A DNA stretch of 53,374 bases from a virus (taxonomy: Duplodnaviria; Caudoviricetes): positions 1 through 53,374 of IMG/VR virus record IMGVR_UViG_3300025296_003000. One strand, 5' to 3'. The notes beneath the pieces are model-generated. The model ran no database searches. It had not been told where the DNA came from and was given only the letters and a program-made list of their open reading frames with translations. Of this stretch, positions 25,801-36,227 are shown in pieces; position 1 is the first letter of the stretch; each line of letters begins with the position of its first letter. Position numbers and translations under genes: made by a program.

Positions 25801-25908
25801 GTCAACGGCTTCTAAGCTCTCTCACAAACCACCAACCGAAGAATACCAGCACAGGGCAACTCACTCTGGGGTGAACACTGCGTACCTGACTGGCTCAGAG
25901 GAAATTTT

Positions 25909-26910
25909 ATGTCGTCTCGTAAACCCGAATCAGTAAGAAAACAAGCAGAGGCAGCCAACGCCGCGATTAAAGAGTTTAGCAACACTGCGCAAGGCTCTGA
26001 CCAGCCCATCGACGCAACTGCTACTCCCGATGATCAGGCAAAGCGGCCAGCAGAAACACCGGAAACGGCTTCTGCCAGCGATCAACCAAAGCCCGATGAC
26101 AAAAAGCTCGATAAGCCACTCGGCAACGAGGGGGACCCCTGGGAACAGCGGTACAAGATCCTGCAAGGCAAGTACAACAAAGAAGTGCCCGCCCTGCACG
26201 ACAAAGTACGTCAGCTCGAACAGGAAGCCACTCGATTGCGTGAGGCTGGCTCATCGGTCGATAGCCAGGAACTGACCCGGCTGCGTGAGGAAAACGCCGA
26301 ACTGAAGCGAAAGGCTGAAGCGGCGCCTGATACCTCACACGCCAATCCCGATCTGGACGCACTGCGCGAGCAGTATCCGCCAGATCTGGTGGACGGCATT
26401 CTGTCCGTCGTCAAAGGCATGGTTGCACCACTACAGCAACGCGTCGATAGCGTTGATAAGACAGTCTCTCAAACCAGCAAGACCACCAACGTGGACCGGC
26501 TGAGGAACAAGCTCAAGGAACATAACATCGACTTTGATCAGGTAAACACTGATCCGATCTTTGTTCAGGACTTCCTGGGCGAATTGGCTCCCTATTCGTC
26601 GCAGACGAAAGGCAGGCTGCTGCAGGAAGCATTTGAGAGCGGTGATATAGATCGCGCTGCAAAATTCTTCATTGACTACTCGGGAAAGCGGGAGAGTGCT
26701 TCTGGCGCTCGCGACTCGCAGAACAGGATCGATGAGCACGTCAGTGTGCACAACACTGGCCAAGGCGGTACGCCGTCAACAGCCGGCAGAGTGTGGACTG
26801 AACAATCTATCGCTCAATTCTACGACGATAAACGACGGGGCAAATACACCCCGGAGGAAGCGAAAGCGCTGGAGGCTGATCTATTCGCCTCCGTGAACCG
26901 GGGAGGGTAA
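25909..26910 (+). CDS. Capsid scaffolding protein
   Basis: Acidic disordered N-term, WEQRYK.LQGKY coiled coil; directly before the capsid gene. Confidence 0.8.
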   Translation: MSSRKPESVRKQAEAANAAIKEFSNTAQGSDQPIDATATPDDQAKRPAETPETASASDQPKPDDKKLDKPLGNEGDPWEQRYKILQGKYNKEVPALHDKVRQLEQEATRLREAGSSVDSQELTRLREENAELKRKAEAAPDTSHANPDLDALREQYPPDLVDGILSVVKGMVAPLQQRVDSVDKTVSQTSKTTNVDRLRNKLKEHNIDFDQVNTDPIFVQDFLGELAPYSSQTKGRLLQEAFESGDIDRAAKFFIDYSGKRESASGARDSQNRIDEHVSVHNTGQGGTPSTAGRVWTEQSIAQFYDDKRRGKYTPEEAKALEADLFASVNRGG

Positions 26911-26958
26911 TCCCGCCCGGCACTCATGCAGGCCCATTAAAATTTTAAGGAGCCAATC

Positions 26959-27888
26959 ATGGGTTTTCCAGTCGATACCGGAGTAGCCAACTACTCATCC
27001 ACTGGTGCAAGCAACACCAGTAAATTCATCCCTCAAATCTGGTCCGGCAAGCTCGTTGAGAGCCTGTACGACGCCACTGTGTTTGGTGAAATTGCCAACA
27101 CTGACTACGAGGGTGAGATCAAGGCGCATGGTGATGAGGTCATCATCCGTACCGTGCCTGCGATCACCATCCGGAACTATGTCAAAGGCCAGACACTGAC
27201 CTACGAACAGCCGGAGTCACCGAACGTCAGCCTGAAGATCGACCAGGGCAAATACTTTGCCTTCAAGGTCAACTCAGTCGATAAGTACCAGTCAGATCTG
27301 AATCTGATGGACGACTGGGCAACTGACGGCGGTGAGCGCATGAAGATTGCCGTGGATACCGACATCCTGGGCACTATCTACACCGATGCGCATGCCAGCA
27401 ACGCTGGTGCAACTGCTGGTCGCAAGTCGGCCAACATCAACCTGGGCGTTACAGCTACGCCTCTGGCGCTGACCAAGGCCAATGTCATCGATGCGATCGT
27501 TGACTACAACACTGTTCTGGATGAGCAGAACGTGGCCGAGACTGGCCGCTGGTGTGTAATTCCTGCTCGCATGGCTGGCCTGATCAAAAAGTCAGACCTG
27601 AAAGATGCCAGCATGACAGGTGATGACAAGTCGATCCTGCGAAACGGCCGGATCGGTATGATCGATCGCATGACCATGTATATCAGCAACAACCTGGCTG
27701 TTGCTGCTGGTAAGTGGAACGTCGTTTTTGGCCATAAAGCTGGCCTGACCTTCGCGGGTCAGATCACTGAAATGGATGAAATCGACAACCCCAATGACTT
27801 TGGTCGCCTGATCCGTTCACTTTTCGTGTACGGCTTTGAAGTGATCAAGCCTGAGTGCATTGGTCACTCCGTGGTCACCTTGTCGTAA
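26959..27888 (+). CDS. Major capsid protein (P22-coat-like)
   Basis: FIPQIWSGKL, NTDYEGEI...GD.V.I, L.IDQ.KYF.F, LRNG.IG.I, R.L.VYG..V..P; AAGGAG SD. Confidence 0.92.
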   Translation: MGFPVDTGVANYSSTGASNTSKFIPQIWSGKLVESLYDATVFGEIANTDYEGEIKAHGDEVIIRTVPAITIRNYVKGQTLTYEQPESPNVSLKIDQGKYFAFKVNSVDKYQSDLNLMDDWATDGGERMKIAVDTDILGTIYTDAHASNAGATAGRKSANINLGVTATPLALTKANVIDAIVDYNTVLDEQNVAETGRWCVIPARMAGLIKKSDLKDASMTGDDKSILRNGRIGMIDRMTMYISNNLAVAAGKWNVVFGHKAGLTFAGQITEMDEIDNPNDFGRLIRSLFVYGFEVIKPECIGHSVVTLS

Positions 27889-27902
27889 GTGCAAGGCAGT
27901 TG

Positions 27903-27929
27903 AGGGGCGGGGAGACTCGCCCCTTTTTT
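27903..27929 (+). terminator. Intrinsic terminator after the capsid gene
   Basis: AGGGGCGGG-GAGA-CTCGCCCCT followed by T run. Confidence 0.85.
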
Positions 27930-27956
27930 AATTTCACTCCATAAGAGGAAATCGCT

Positions 27957-28472
27957 GTGAGCAAAAAAACAACGGGCAAGCCGTCTGCTGCTGCCGCTGC
28001 AAAAGCTGCTCAGCAAGCTGAAGCTCAATCTACTGAATCAGCAAAAAAATCCGAGCAGGCGTCTGCGAAAGCGGTAGAAACGATGCAGGGTAATACCACG
28101 CCTGAAGCATCACAAGGCGCTGGCGAAGCGATCAAGGATGTAGCTGATCAGGAAGCCCTGAATTCTACCAATGAACAGGCAACGAATACTGAAAGTGAGG
28201 TCGCTCAGACTTCCGAGTTTCGAAATACCTACCATGAGTCTGAAGCGGCCCAGGATCCTGAGCCCGAAACGCCGCCTGTCCCGCCTGTCACAGTCGCTGC
28301 CAAGGCGCAATCACAGACCCAGCCTGACCCGGAGCCGCAAAACTTCGAGCCAGTGACAGTCGAGAACTGCACCCATTTTGAAAGCAAGAATGGTCGTGTG
28401 TTCCCGGCAACTGAAGTCCTGCGTCGTCTCGCTCGTCGCCAGGATCTCAAACCTGTCAATCTCGCAGAGTAA
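27957..28472 (+). CDS. Low-complexity hypothetical protein
   Basis: Ala/Glu/Pro-rich with small folded C-terminus; GAGG SD. Confidence 0.65.
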   Translation: MSKKTTGKPSAAAAAKAAQQAEAQSTESAKKSEQASAKAVETMQGNTTPEASQGAGEAIKDVADQEALNSTNEQATNTESEVAQTSEFRNTYHESEAAQDPEPETPPVPPVTVAAKAQSQTQPDPEPQNFEPVTVENCTHFESKNGRVFPATEVLRRLARRQDLKPVNLAE

Positions 28473-28485
28473 GAGATAAACGATC

Positions 28486-29172
28486 ATGGGCACAGTCAAG
28501 GTAACGGAGGTTGTCGGCCAGGCAGCATACATGCTGACCGATGAGGGCAACGTCCGATGGACAAAGCAAAATCTGCTGACGTGGTTCAACGAAGCGCAGC
28601 GCGCTCTGGTGTCACGTCGCCCGGATACCCTGGCTGTCAATGAATCGTTCAAATGCGCAGCAGGCGTGAAGCAGCGGATCCCTGATATCGGGGTACAGCT
28701 CATCGACATCGAACGCAACACGAATGGCAAAAACATAACGCAAGTCGAAAAGCGCCTGCTCGATAACCACGTACCGGACTGGGCTGCAGAAGATCAGAGC
28801 GTCACTGCTCAGCACTTTATGTTTGATCCTCGCTACCCAAAGATTTTCTATCTCTACCCGCCTGCAAAAGCGGAGATAGAGGCAGCCGGCGAAACTCCGG
28901 CTGTGCCAGGCACTGAGCTGGAAATCGTCTATACCAAATGCCCGGATACGGTTGCGATCACCGATGAGCAATGGAATGCGGACAACACAACCATCGAGGT
29001 TGATGACGTTTGGGCGAACGCTCTGCAGGAGTACATTCTCCACCGAGCATGGGCGAAGGATTCAGAGAGCGCAGGCAACCAGGCAAGGTCCAGCGGTCAC
29101 TTCCAGACCTTCCGGATGATGATCGGTGACATAACTGAGGCGGATGCCGCAATAACGGCGGACGAAAAATGA
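28486..29172 (+). CDS. Head-tail adaptor (DUF6682-like)
   Basis: L.D....RW....LL.W.NEAQ......RPD, F.LYPP, AL..YIL.RA..KD.E. Confidence 0.8.
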   Translation: MGTVKVTEVVGQAAYMLTDEGNVRWTKQNLLTWFNEAQRALVSRRPDTLAVNESFKCAAGVKQRIPDIGVQLIDIERNTNGKNITQVEKRLLDNHVPDWAAEDQSVTAQHFMFDPRYPKIFYLYPPAKAEIEAAGETPAVPGTELEIVYTKCPDTVAITDEQWNADNTTIEVDDVWANALQEYILHRAWAKDSESAGNQARSSGHFQTFRMMIGDITEADAAITADEK

Positions 29173-29783
29173 ATCTTGATCAGCTGATACCCCAGCTCAA
29201 AACGTATGTCAGCGGATGCCCGCAACCGATCATGCGCGAAGAATTGCGTCGCTCTGCTCGTCGCTTCTTTGAGCGAAGCACAGCCTGGCGGGTTGATGTC
29301 TATGTCGGCATTGGCGCCGGGATGGATTACGCCAATCTGAAGCTGCCAGCGGCCACCATGCAGGTTTCGATTATCCGCGCTCAACTGACCGACGATAAAG
29401 ACCCGCTTAGCCCGGCACCTGCTGGGCTTAACTGGGCATCGACTGAGCGTGGCAAGCCGAAATTCTATAGCGCTGACCGGCCCGGGAAGATCGGCTTTTT
29501 CCCGCTTCCCAACGACACGCACAGCTGCAAAGTCAGAGTGGCGGTAAAGCCTGAGCTTGGATCCCCCATCATTCCCGACGAACTGGGCGATATGTACGGG
29601 GAGCTGATCGCTGAAGGCGCTGCAGCCAGCATCCTGAGCATGCCGGATTCCGACTGGTACAACCCAAAACAGTCCGATTTTCATAGAGCAAACGCCGATC
29701 GCGGCATCGTTGAAGCACGCACCAAAGTCGACATGGGTTACAGCAACACTGGCGGCCGTGTTTACGGCGGACAATTCATCTGA
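29169..29783 (+). CDS. Head-tail connector-like virion protein
   Basis: V.GCP.......LR..A..F...S..WR, I..GA...L..MP...W.NP. Confidence 0.7.
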   Translation: MNLDQLIPQLKTYVSGCPQPIMREELRRSARRFFERSTAWRVDVYVGIGAGMDYANLKLPAATMQVSIIRAQLTDDKDPLSPAPAGLNWASTERGKPKFYSADRPGKIGFFPLPNDTHSCKVRVAVKPELGSPIIPDELGDMYGELIAEGAAASILSMPDSDWYNPKQSDFHRANADRGIVEARTKVDMGYSNTGGRVYGGQFI

Positions 29784-29794
29784 GGTAACCAAGA

Positions 29795-30151
29795 ATGCCT
29801 ACCGCACTGACGTTGCCGGACATTGAGCGCGGCGACACGATTCCGTTCACCTTCAATTTTGATGATGGCGCGGCCGCACTGGATATGCGCGGCAAGACGC
29901 TGATCTTCTCCATGAAGCTGGGCGCCGCCATGGATGATTCGAGCGCCGCCCTTACCAAATCAGTGTTGCACCCGCTCAGCACTCCAGACGAACAGAAGGG
30001 GACGATCACTTTCCAGCTTGAGAAAAGCGAAACCGCCAAGCTGATCCCGTTCGCTGACTACGATTTTTCCGTGCGAATCATGACACCTGGCTCCCCGGAA
30101 GATATTGAGACCACCTATTTCAACGGCACTGTGCCGGTAAAGGACTCCTGA
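29795..30151 (+). CDS. BppU-like Ig-fold fibre attachment protein
   Basis: I.RGDT....F, G.I.F.L...ET..L....YD. Confidence 0.6.
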   Translation: MPTALTLPDIERGDTIPFTFNFDDGAAALDMRGKTLIFSMKLGAAMDDSSAALTKSVLHPLSTPDEQKGTITFQLEKSETAKLIPFADYDFSVRIMTPGSPEDIETTYFNGTVPVKDS

Positions 30152-30975
30152 TGCCTACGATTAACGTCACCGTCGATGCTGGCGGCAATGTCGTCAATGT
30201 CGCTATGCCCACTGGTTCGGCACTTCTCGACTCACTGACCGCGCAAGCAACGGCAGCGAAGAATCTCGCGGAAGGTTATGCGGCCGACGCAGGCAATCAC
30301 GCAGCAACAGCCGAGACTCACAAAAACGCCGCCCAGACAGCTGACACGTCATCTGCGAACAACGCTGCCCTGGCACTGGCCCGTCAGCAAGCTGCTGAGA
30401 CGGCCGCAGCTACAGCTACCACTAAGGCGAATGAAGCGGCAAGCGATCGCGCCCTGGCACAGACAGCTGCAAACACGGCCACGCAGAAGGCTCAGGAAGC
30501 TACTGACGAGCGAATCCTCGCTGGCCAGGCGGCAACATCCGCTGCCAATGACGCGCAAGCGACCGCTGCTGACAGAGTGCAAACCGGGCAGGATCTGGCG
30601 GCAACCACTGCAGCGAAAAACACTGCCGAGACCGCTGCAGGCACAGCCACAACCAAGGCTGGCGAAGCCGCTGATTCCGCTACCGCTGCAGCAACGAGTA
30701 AGACGCAAACAGAGACCCTGACGGCTCAGGCGCTCACTCACAAGAATGATGCTCAGCAAGCGGCATCTGATGCTGAAGGCTTCAAAGATGAGGCCGTAAC
30801 TCAGTTTACTGCGCTCAAGAATCAGATGGTCAGCGAGTCGGAAGCAATCAAGACCGACACTACGACGATACTGAATCAGACAATCGCCGTGCGCGATGAG
30901 GTGGATGTCTTTCTGATGTCCCAGGCCTCCGCGATCATCACTCTTCAGAACTACCATGCACAGGAGCTGCTGTAA
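30151..30975 (+). CDS. Ala/Thr-rich coiled-coil fibre shaft
   Basis: TATTKA.EA repeats, TAADRVQTG.D. Confidence 0.75.
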   Translation: MPTINVTVDAGGNVVNVAMPTGSALLDSLTAQATAAKNLAEGYAADAGNHAATAETHKNAAQTADTSSANNAALALARQQAAETAAATATTKANEAASDRALAQTAANTATQKAQEATDERILAGQAATSAANDAQATAADRVQTGQDLAATTAAKNTAETAAGTATTKAGEAADSATAAATSKTQTETLTAQALTHKNDAQQAASDAEGFKDEAVTQFTALKNQMVSESEAIKTDTTTILNQTIAVRDEVDVFLMSQASAIITLQNYHAQELL

Positions 30976-33164
30976 TGAGCACAACTGCAGATACTCTCGC
31001 CCAGCTGGTCAATAATACTGACCAGTTGCTGCAAACCGTTACACAGGTCAAGCAGACTTTTGAGCAAAGCAAGGCTGATGCTGAAGCGGCTGCAGCTACC
31101 TCAACCACCCAGGCCGGCATATCTACGGCGCAAGCAACTGAGTCCAGCAATCAGCGCCTACTCGCTCAGCAGGCCAAAGACCAGACAGATGCGATTAAGT
31201 CAGCTGTAGAAACACTGAAGGATCAGACGCAAGCGATCGCATTGTCTGGCGACGTATCGTATGACCCTGCAGCAAATCAGGCTCCACTGGCCCGCAGTAA
31301 CGGCAAGATCGACCCTCAGTGGATTCAGGGCGCCGCATATCCCGGTAACGCTGTTGACACCTCTGGCGCTGTCACAGGTGCTCTGATTCCTGACAACACG
31401 CAGTATGCATTCACGCCAGCCATGGCTCGCCTGTTCGACGTGTTCATCCCTGAGACTCTGACACGCGAGATCATTGTTTATGAGGACGGCGTTCAAGGTA
31501 TCTACATCACCACTGACCGCAAGATTCGCCTGAACTGCTACGGCGTTTATGAGACAACGGCCCGCCTGCCGGTTTACGGCGACTACGTGACCATCCAGCT
31601 CGACCGCAATGACAACCAAGCCGATACCGTGACTGTGTTTTTCATGGTCAACGGCCTACTATTCGACACTGTGAAAGTAAGCGCATTCAGTGACCTATAT
31701 GTGCGCAACCTGCTCAATTCGACAAGCGGCTTTCTGCTGCTGGTATCCCCTGGCCATTCGACACTGACCAATGCGGGTGTGGCCAAGGTAGAAAACCCCG
31801 GCGATGCGATTGGTTTGCTGCGTGACCTTGGGCCGAACGGTATCAACGCAGCTCAGGCGACTGCGACTGCACGGCCTTTGTTGGGGCGGGTGCCTGTGGG
31901 TGGGCGGAGGAATTTGTGGACTTACACTGAAGATTTAACAAATTCCGTTTGGGAAAAAACTGGAGTAACAGTCGATCCTGAGCCTGTACTTGCCTACGAC
32001 GGAACTAAGACTGCATGGGTTGTGCGCGAGGATACAAGCACTGGTCCGCATCGAATTGCGCGCAGCGGAACGACTGGAAACACCCGATCTACTGTCGAGG
32101 TAAAAGCATTTGGACGAACAGAGTTCGACCTTAGCTTTTATTGGAACAACGGCCCACTTGTCGGGAGTTTTGTAGTAAACCTGACTGACGGCACTGTCAT
32201 CAGCAACTCATCCAACTCGTTCCCTGTCGTAGAACCTCTGCCCGATGGATGGTTAAGAATCGGCACAGGCCGAGACGGCATGAATGGTGGAAACACCACG
32301 ATATATTTTGAAATGAGTAATGCTGGAAACCAAAGCTACACGGGCGATGGAAAAAGCGGACTACTGATACGACACCCGCAGTACGAGCTAAATGCGCATA
32401 CTGACTACCAACGCGTAGGCGCAACCGCCCGCGACGTAACAGAACCCGGCGTCCAAGACTGCTACTACGCATACTTCGACGGCTCCGACGACATTCTGCC
32501 ATTCACCGTCCCTGCTATCACTGACGGCACAATCATTCTGGCCGGTACAAAAGGCATCTGGATCGACTCGCTGACTGTGAGTGCTGGCACGTTTAACTTG
32601 GGGCCGAAAACGTACACAGGCGGGCCTGGTGGGATACTTGCGCTGGTGGGTGATGTGATCGGCATGTTCATCATTGGGCGTGCTATCACGGCAGGGGAGC
32701 AGACTGCGCTGATCAACTACTTCAAGGGCAAAGGTGCGCCGGGGTATTTTGAGTTTGACGCAAATCTGGCTACTAACGGTACGTTTGATGCTGACACAAA
32801 CTGGGATGATGTTGATGTAGGAACAGGTACTTCTCAAATTAGCGGGGGAGTTCTTTCTGTAACAGGTACTGACACTTCAAACCGTGGCATCCGAAGACAG
32901 GCCATTGCCACTGTAGCGAATGAGTTCTACTTCATGGAAGTTGAGTCGAGCATTTCGTCTGGGACTCTCGCTATGTTAGCCAACGCTACATCCACATTTG
33001 CCAATAGCATCCTGGGGTCTACTTCCGCTGCTATTAGCCCTGCTGCGTTCGCGTTCAAAGCAGTAGGCACTACTACTTACGCTTTCCTTTACGCATCCGG
33101 CGCAGGCGACGGCGATTTCGACAATTTCACATTCCGCAAAATCACCCTCAACACAGGAGCATAA
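30975..33164 (+). CDS. Fibre / receptor-binding protein with LamG- and CBM-like modules
   Basis: Coiled N-term, PLA...GKID..W, RD..PNG..A.QAT...RP, RRNL..YTE, FDG.DD, NL..NGTFD. Confidence 0.75.
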   Translation: MSTTADTLAQLVNNTDQLLQTVTQVKQTFEQSKADAEAAAATSTTQAGISTAQATESSNQRLLAQQAKDQTDAIKSAVETLKDQTQAIALSGDVSYDPAANQAPLARSNGKIDPQWIQGAAYPGNAVDTSGAVTGALIPDNTQYAFTPAMARLFDVFIPETLTREIIVYEDGVQGIYITTDRKIRLNCYGVYETTARLPVYGDYVTIQLDRNDNQADTVTVFFMVNGLLFDTVKVSAFSDLYVRNLLNSTSGFLLLVSPGHSTLTNAGVAKVENPGDAIGLLRDLGPNGINAAQATATARPLLGRVPVGGRRNLWTYTEDLTNSVWEKTGVTVDPEPVLAYDGTKTAWVVREDTSTGPHRIARSGTTGNTRSTVEVKAFGRTEFDLSFYWNNGPLVGSFVVNLTDGTVISNSSNSFPVVEPLPDGWLRIGTGRDGMNGGNTTIYFEMSNAGNQSYTGDGKSGLLIRHPQYELNAHTDYQRVGATARDVTEPGVQDCYYAYFDGSDDILPFTVPAITDGTIILAGTKGIWIDSLTVSAGTFNLGPKTYTGGPGGILALVGDVIGMFIIGRAITAGEQTALINYFKGKGAPGYFEFDANLATNGTFDADTNWDDVDVGTGTSQISGGVLSVTGTDTSNRGIRRQAIATVANEFYFMEVESSISSGTLAMLANATSTFANSILGSTSAAISPAAFAFKAVGTTTYAFLYASGAGDGDFDNFTFRKITLNTGA

Positions 33165-33166
33165 CC

Positions 33167-33550
33167 ATGGACACATTTCGCACTATGATTGTCTCCGCTG
33201 CCATTGCTCCGGCAGTACGCGCACTGGCTGCAACGTGGCCAGGTGGTGCAGGCATGTTTGAGGTTCCGCTTTACACCGGATCAGATGCCACACACTACAT
33301 AAGCACCGGCATGATCAACGGCACGATTGCCGATCAGCTCCCGTACACCGATTACTCAGGCGACGAGCCAGTGATCCATGACGGCGATCTGGAGGCGCTG
33401 GTCGAGGCGATCAATACTGATAATCCAGAAGCGGGTGCCACAGTTGAGCAGATTGAGTCGCTGCTGGCGGGTGCTGATATTTCAACTCAAGACTGGCGTG
33501 ACGCTGTAGAGCGTTTGGGCCTGAAAACCGAACCGCAGGAGGCTGAATAA
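33167..33550 (+). CDS. Acidic protein, possible fibre chaperone
   Basis: 127 aa, AGGAG SD, follows the fibre gene. Confidence 0.6.
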   Translation: MDTFRTMIVSAAIAPAVRALAATWPGGAGMFEVPLYTGSDATHYISTGMINGTIADQLPYTDYSGDEPVIHDGDLEALVEAINTDNPEAGATVEQIESLLAGADISTQDWRDAVERLGLKTEPQEAE

Positions 33551-34572
33551 TGGCTTATTTACTCGGTAGCGCATCACAGAATTCGCCAGGTCGGATGGGT
33601 CGTTTTCGTGCGGTGAATCGCTCTATGACGCAGGCTGAAGCGGCTCTGTATTTTAAGGAAGGCCCGGTTGAGACGGATCGGAACGCGAGTCAGACGCCAT
33701 TCTACACAAGCAACTTTGGAGGCGGGTCAGATAACTGGGTAAACGCCGAAAACGCTACGGTAACAGGAAACATAGATGGTCCCGGTGGTCAGAACGACTG
33801 GCTTGAGATCAAGTCATCTATCAGCACAAACGGGCAGCACCGTGCCAGGGGAGGGATTTATCTGCCTGCTGGTAAGCGTACAAAAATACCCCTCACATAT
33901 TTCATTCCGAACACCAATTCTGCATGCGACGGGTTAAGATTCTACTTGTCAGATGTAGGCTCACAGGCTGTCGGGGATATTCAGGCAGTCGTGAACCAAG
34001 TCACGACTATTCAGTTGGACGTCATACCGGGGGTGTCTAGTCGCCTATTTTTGGTGATGGTTGATGGAACTTCAAATTCATTTGCGGCACTCGATGATGT
34101 GGTCTATATCAAAGGGATTGACTTCGTAAATATCGGAGAAACAGTCAACCTCGCCCCTGCTGCTGTTCAGCTCACCCCCGGCCAGTGGCTTGAGTCCGTA
34201 AACAAGGCTCACGTATTCCTACCCAATGGTGCTCGAGCGCAGGAGCGGAAGCAAAGTGGCATGCTGTACGGCATAAACACGTTTGCATCGTCTGCCGTTG
34301 GTCAGCCTCTGCAGAATGTGGACTGGCATATCGTTCCCGCTGATGCGGGGGTAACTCTTCGCATGAAGGCGACAGTACCAGCCACGTTTAATGTCGGAGA
34401 CGGTGTGGACGTTGACCGCTATGCAGCAGCCGTGACCATTGGCACAGACTGGACCAATATCACCATTGCCAATCCCGCGAGCGACGGCACAAACCGGAAG
34501 ATCGTCATTACACCTACGGCCAGTTATAGCGGCACGGTTACGACTGCTGCTCGTGTGGATTTGCTGAGCTGA
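33550..34572 (+). CDS. Beta-rich virion protein (CBM-like)
   Basis: 340 aa, beta-strand rich; begins with a LamG C-terminal-like segment. Confidence 0.6.
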   Translation: MAYLLGSASQNSPGRMGRFRAVNRSMTQAEAALYFKEGPVETDRNASQTPFYTSNFGGGSDNWVNAENATVTGNIDGPGGQNDWLEIKSSISTNGQHRARGGIYLPAGKRTKIPLTYFIPNTNSACDGLRFYLSDVGSQAVGDIQAVVNQVTTIQLDVIPGVSSRLFLVMVDGTSNSFAALDDVVYIKGIDFVNIGETVNLAPAAVQLTPGQWLESVNKAHVFLPNGARAQERKQSGMLYGINTFASSAVGQPLQNVDWHIVPADAGVTLRMKATVPATFNVGDGVDVDRYAAAVTIGTDWTNITIANPASDGTNRKIVITPTASYSGTVTTAARVDLLS

Positions 34573-34577
34573 TATAA

Positions 34578-36227
34578 ATGCCCCTAGTTATTGACGTAAG
34601 CACCTTCATCGGAATGGTGCCAGGCCTCGCTGTGCGCAAATTACCATCTGAGGCGTCTGCGCTTGCCGAGAATATCCGCATCCAGAGCGGTGATCTTGAA
34701 GCCTGGTACGGCATGGGAAATGTGGCCGCCACGCTTTCTGGCGGCATCGTCCGTGCGATATTCCTCTATGACGGCCAGCACTGGTTCAGCCGCAATGTCA
34801 GCGCGAGCTTCATTGGCTCTCCCGCAGCACAAGATCCGTATGATCGTGTTTACTTCACTGAAGCTGGCGGATACCCGAAGGTTACTTCTAACCTGATTGC
34901 CACTGGCGGGGATCCAAAGCCATTTGCGTCATATCGTCTTGGTGTTCCAGCTCCGGCGAGCGCAGTAACAGCTGTTGTCAATGTTGACGGCGCTGCAGAT
35001 CCCGACAACTTCAGCGACGACGATACCCGGTTCTACGTGATGACGTTTGTAACCGAGTATGGCGAAGAGGGACCGCCTGGGCCGGTAAGCGCAGCAGTGG
35101 AGCTCAATTCGCCATCGACTGAAACTGTCACTCTGACACTGCCAGGGCTGGCCGCTAATCCGTACAACGTCAACCGCAAGCGAGTGTATCGCACGATCAC
35201 CACTGGCGCAGGCACTGACTATTTCCTTGTGGGCGAAGTGACGCTTGCGACAACCACACTTGTCGATTCATTCGGCGTAGCGGAGGGCGACCAGCTGCCG
35301 GCCGGTATTGGAAAGCGACTGGATACCGTCAACTTCGACATGCCTGATGAGGACATGCAGGGGCTGGTGATGGGTATCAACGGCATGGCTGCCGGGTTTT
35401 CTGGCAACGAGCTGGCGATCAGTGAGGCGTATCTGCCGCATGCGTGGCCGCTGGATTACCGGCGCGCAACCGAGCATGAGATTGTAGGTATCGTTGCGAC
35501 TTCCACAGGCTTTGTTGTGGGCACGAAAGGTTACCCCTATGTCTTGACCGGCATTGCCCCCGATTCGATGAGCAGCGAGAAGCTGGACACAATGCTGGCG
35601 TGTGTATCGGGCGCCTCTATGGTGGATATGGGCGAGTATGCCTTGTACGCCTGTCCGAACGGCCTTGTCGCTGCCGGATCTGGCCGCGCAGAGCTGATCA
35701 CTGACAAGATCATTACCCGGCGCGAGTGGGCTACTTACGACCCGGCGACAATCCACGCCTATCGTTACCAGGGCAAGTACATTGCATTTTATGGAGACGT
35801 AGCTGGTGATGGAAACGGCACTGGCGGTTTTGTGTACGACCCGCGCACCAACACGCTATTCGATCTGGATTTCTATGCGACCGCTGGATACAACGACATC
35901 GAGAACGACGATCTGTATCTGGTAATCGGTGGCCAGCTCAAGCGCTGGGATGCAGACGATGAAAACCCTATTGCCTTTACCTGGAAGTCAAAGGTGTTCA
36001 AAGGCGCTCCGATCTCATTGTCGGCCGCGAAGGTTTACACGGACGCACCAGCAAACGCGGGGATCAAGATTTGGGCAGATGGCCAGCTGATCCTGACTCA
36101 TCCAGCGCTGCCCTCTGAATCTTTCCGGCTGCCGGCCGTGCGCGCTACTGAGTGGCAGTTTGAGGTAACCGGCACAGCATCTATCCAGCGCGTTTCCCTC
36201 GGAACAGCAATGAGTGATTTTGAATGA
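34578..36227 (+). CDS. Tail hub/nozzle-like stabilisation protein
   Basis: F.G..P.....LP...A..AEN, LGVPAP, YV.T.V...GEEGPP, SE.Y.PHAWP, WKSK.F. Confidence 0.75.
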   Translation: MPLVIDVSTFIGMVPGLAVRKLPSEASALAENIRIQSGDLEAWYGMGNVAATLSGGIVRAIFLYDGQHWFSRNVSASFIGSPAAQDPYDRVYFTEAGGYPKVTSNLIATGGDPKPFASYRLGVPAPASAVTAVVNVDGAADPDNFSDDDTRFYVMTFVTEYGEEGPPGPVSAAVELNSPSTETVTLTLPGLAANPYNVNRKRVYRTITTGAGTDYFLVGEVTLATTTLVDSFGVAEGDQLPAGIGKRLDTVNFDMPDEDMQGLVMGINGMAAGFSGNELAISEAYLPHAWPLDYRRATEHEIVGIVATSTGFVVGTKGYPYVLTGIAPDSMSSEKLDTMLACVSGASMVDMGEYALYACPNGLVAAGSGRAELITDKIITRREWATYDPATIHAYRYQGKYIAFYGDVAGDGNGTGGFVYDPRTNTLFDLDFYATAGYNDIENDDLYLVIGGQLKRWDADDENPIAFTWKSKVFKGAPISLSAAKVYTDAPANAGIKIWADGQLILTHPALPSESFRLPAVRATEWQFEVTGTASIQRVSLGTAMSDFE

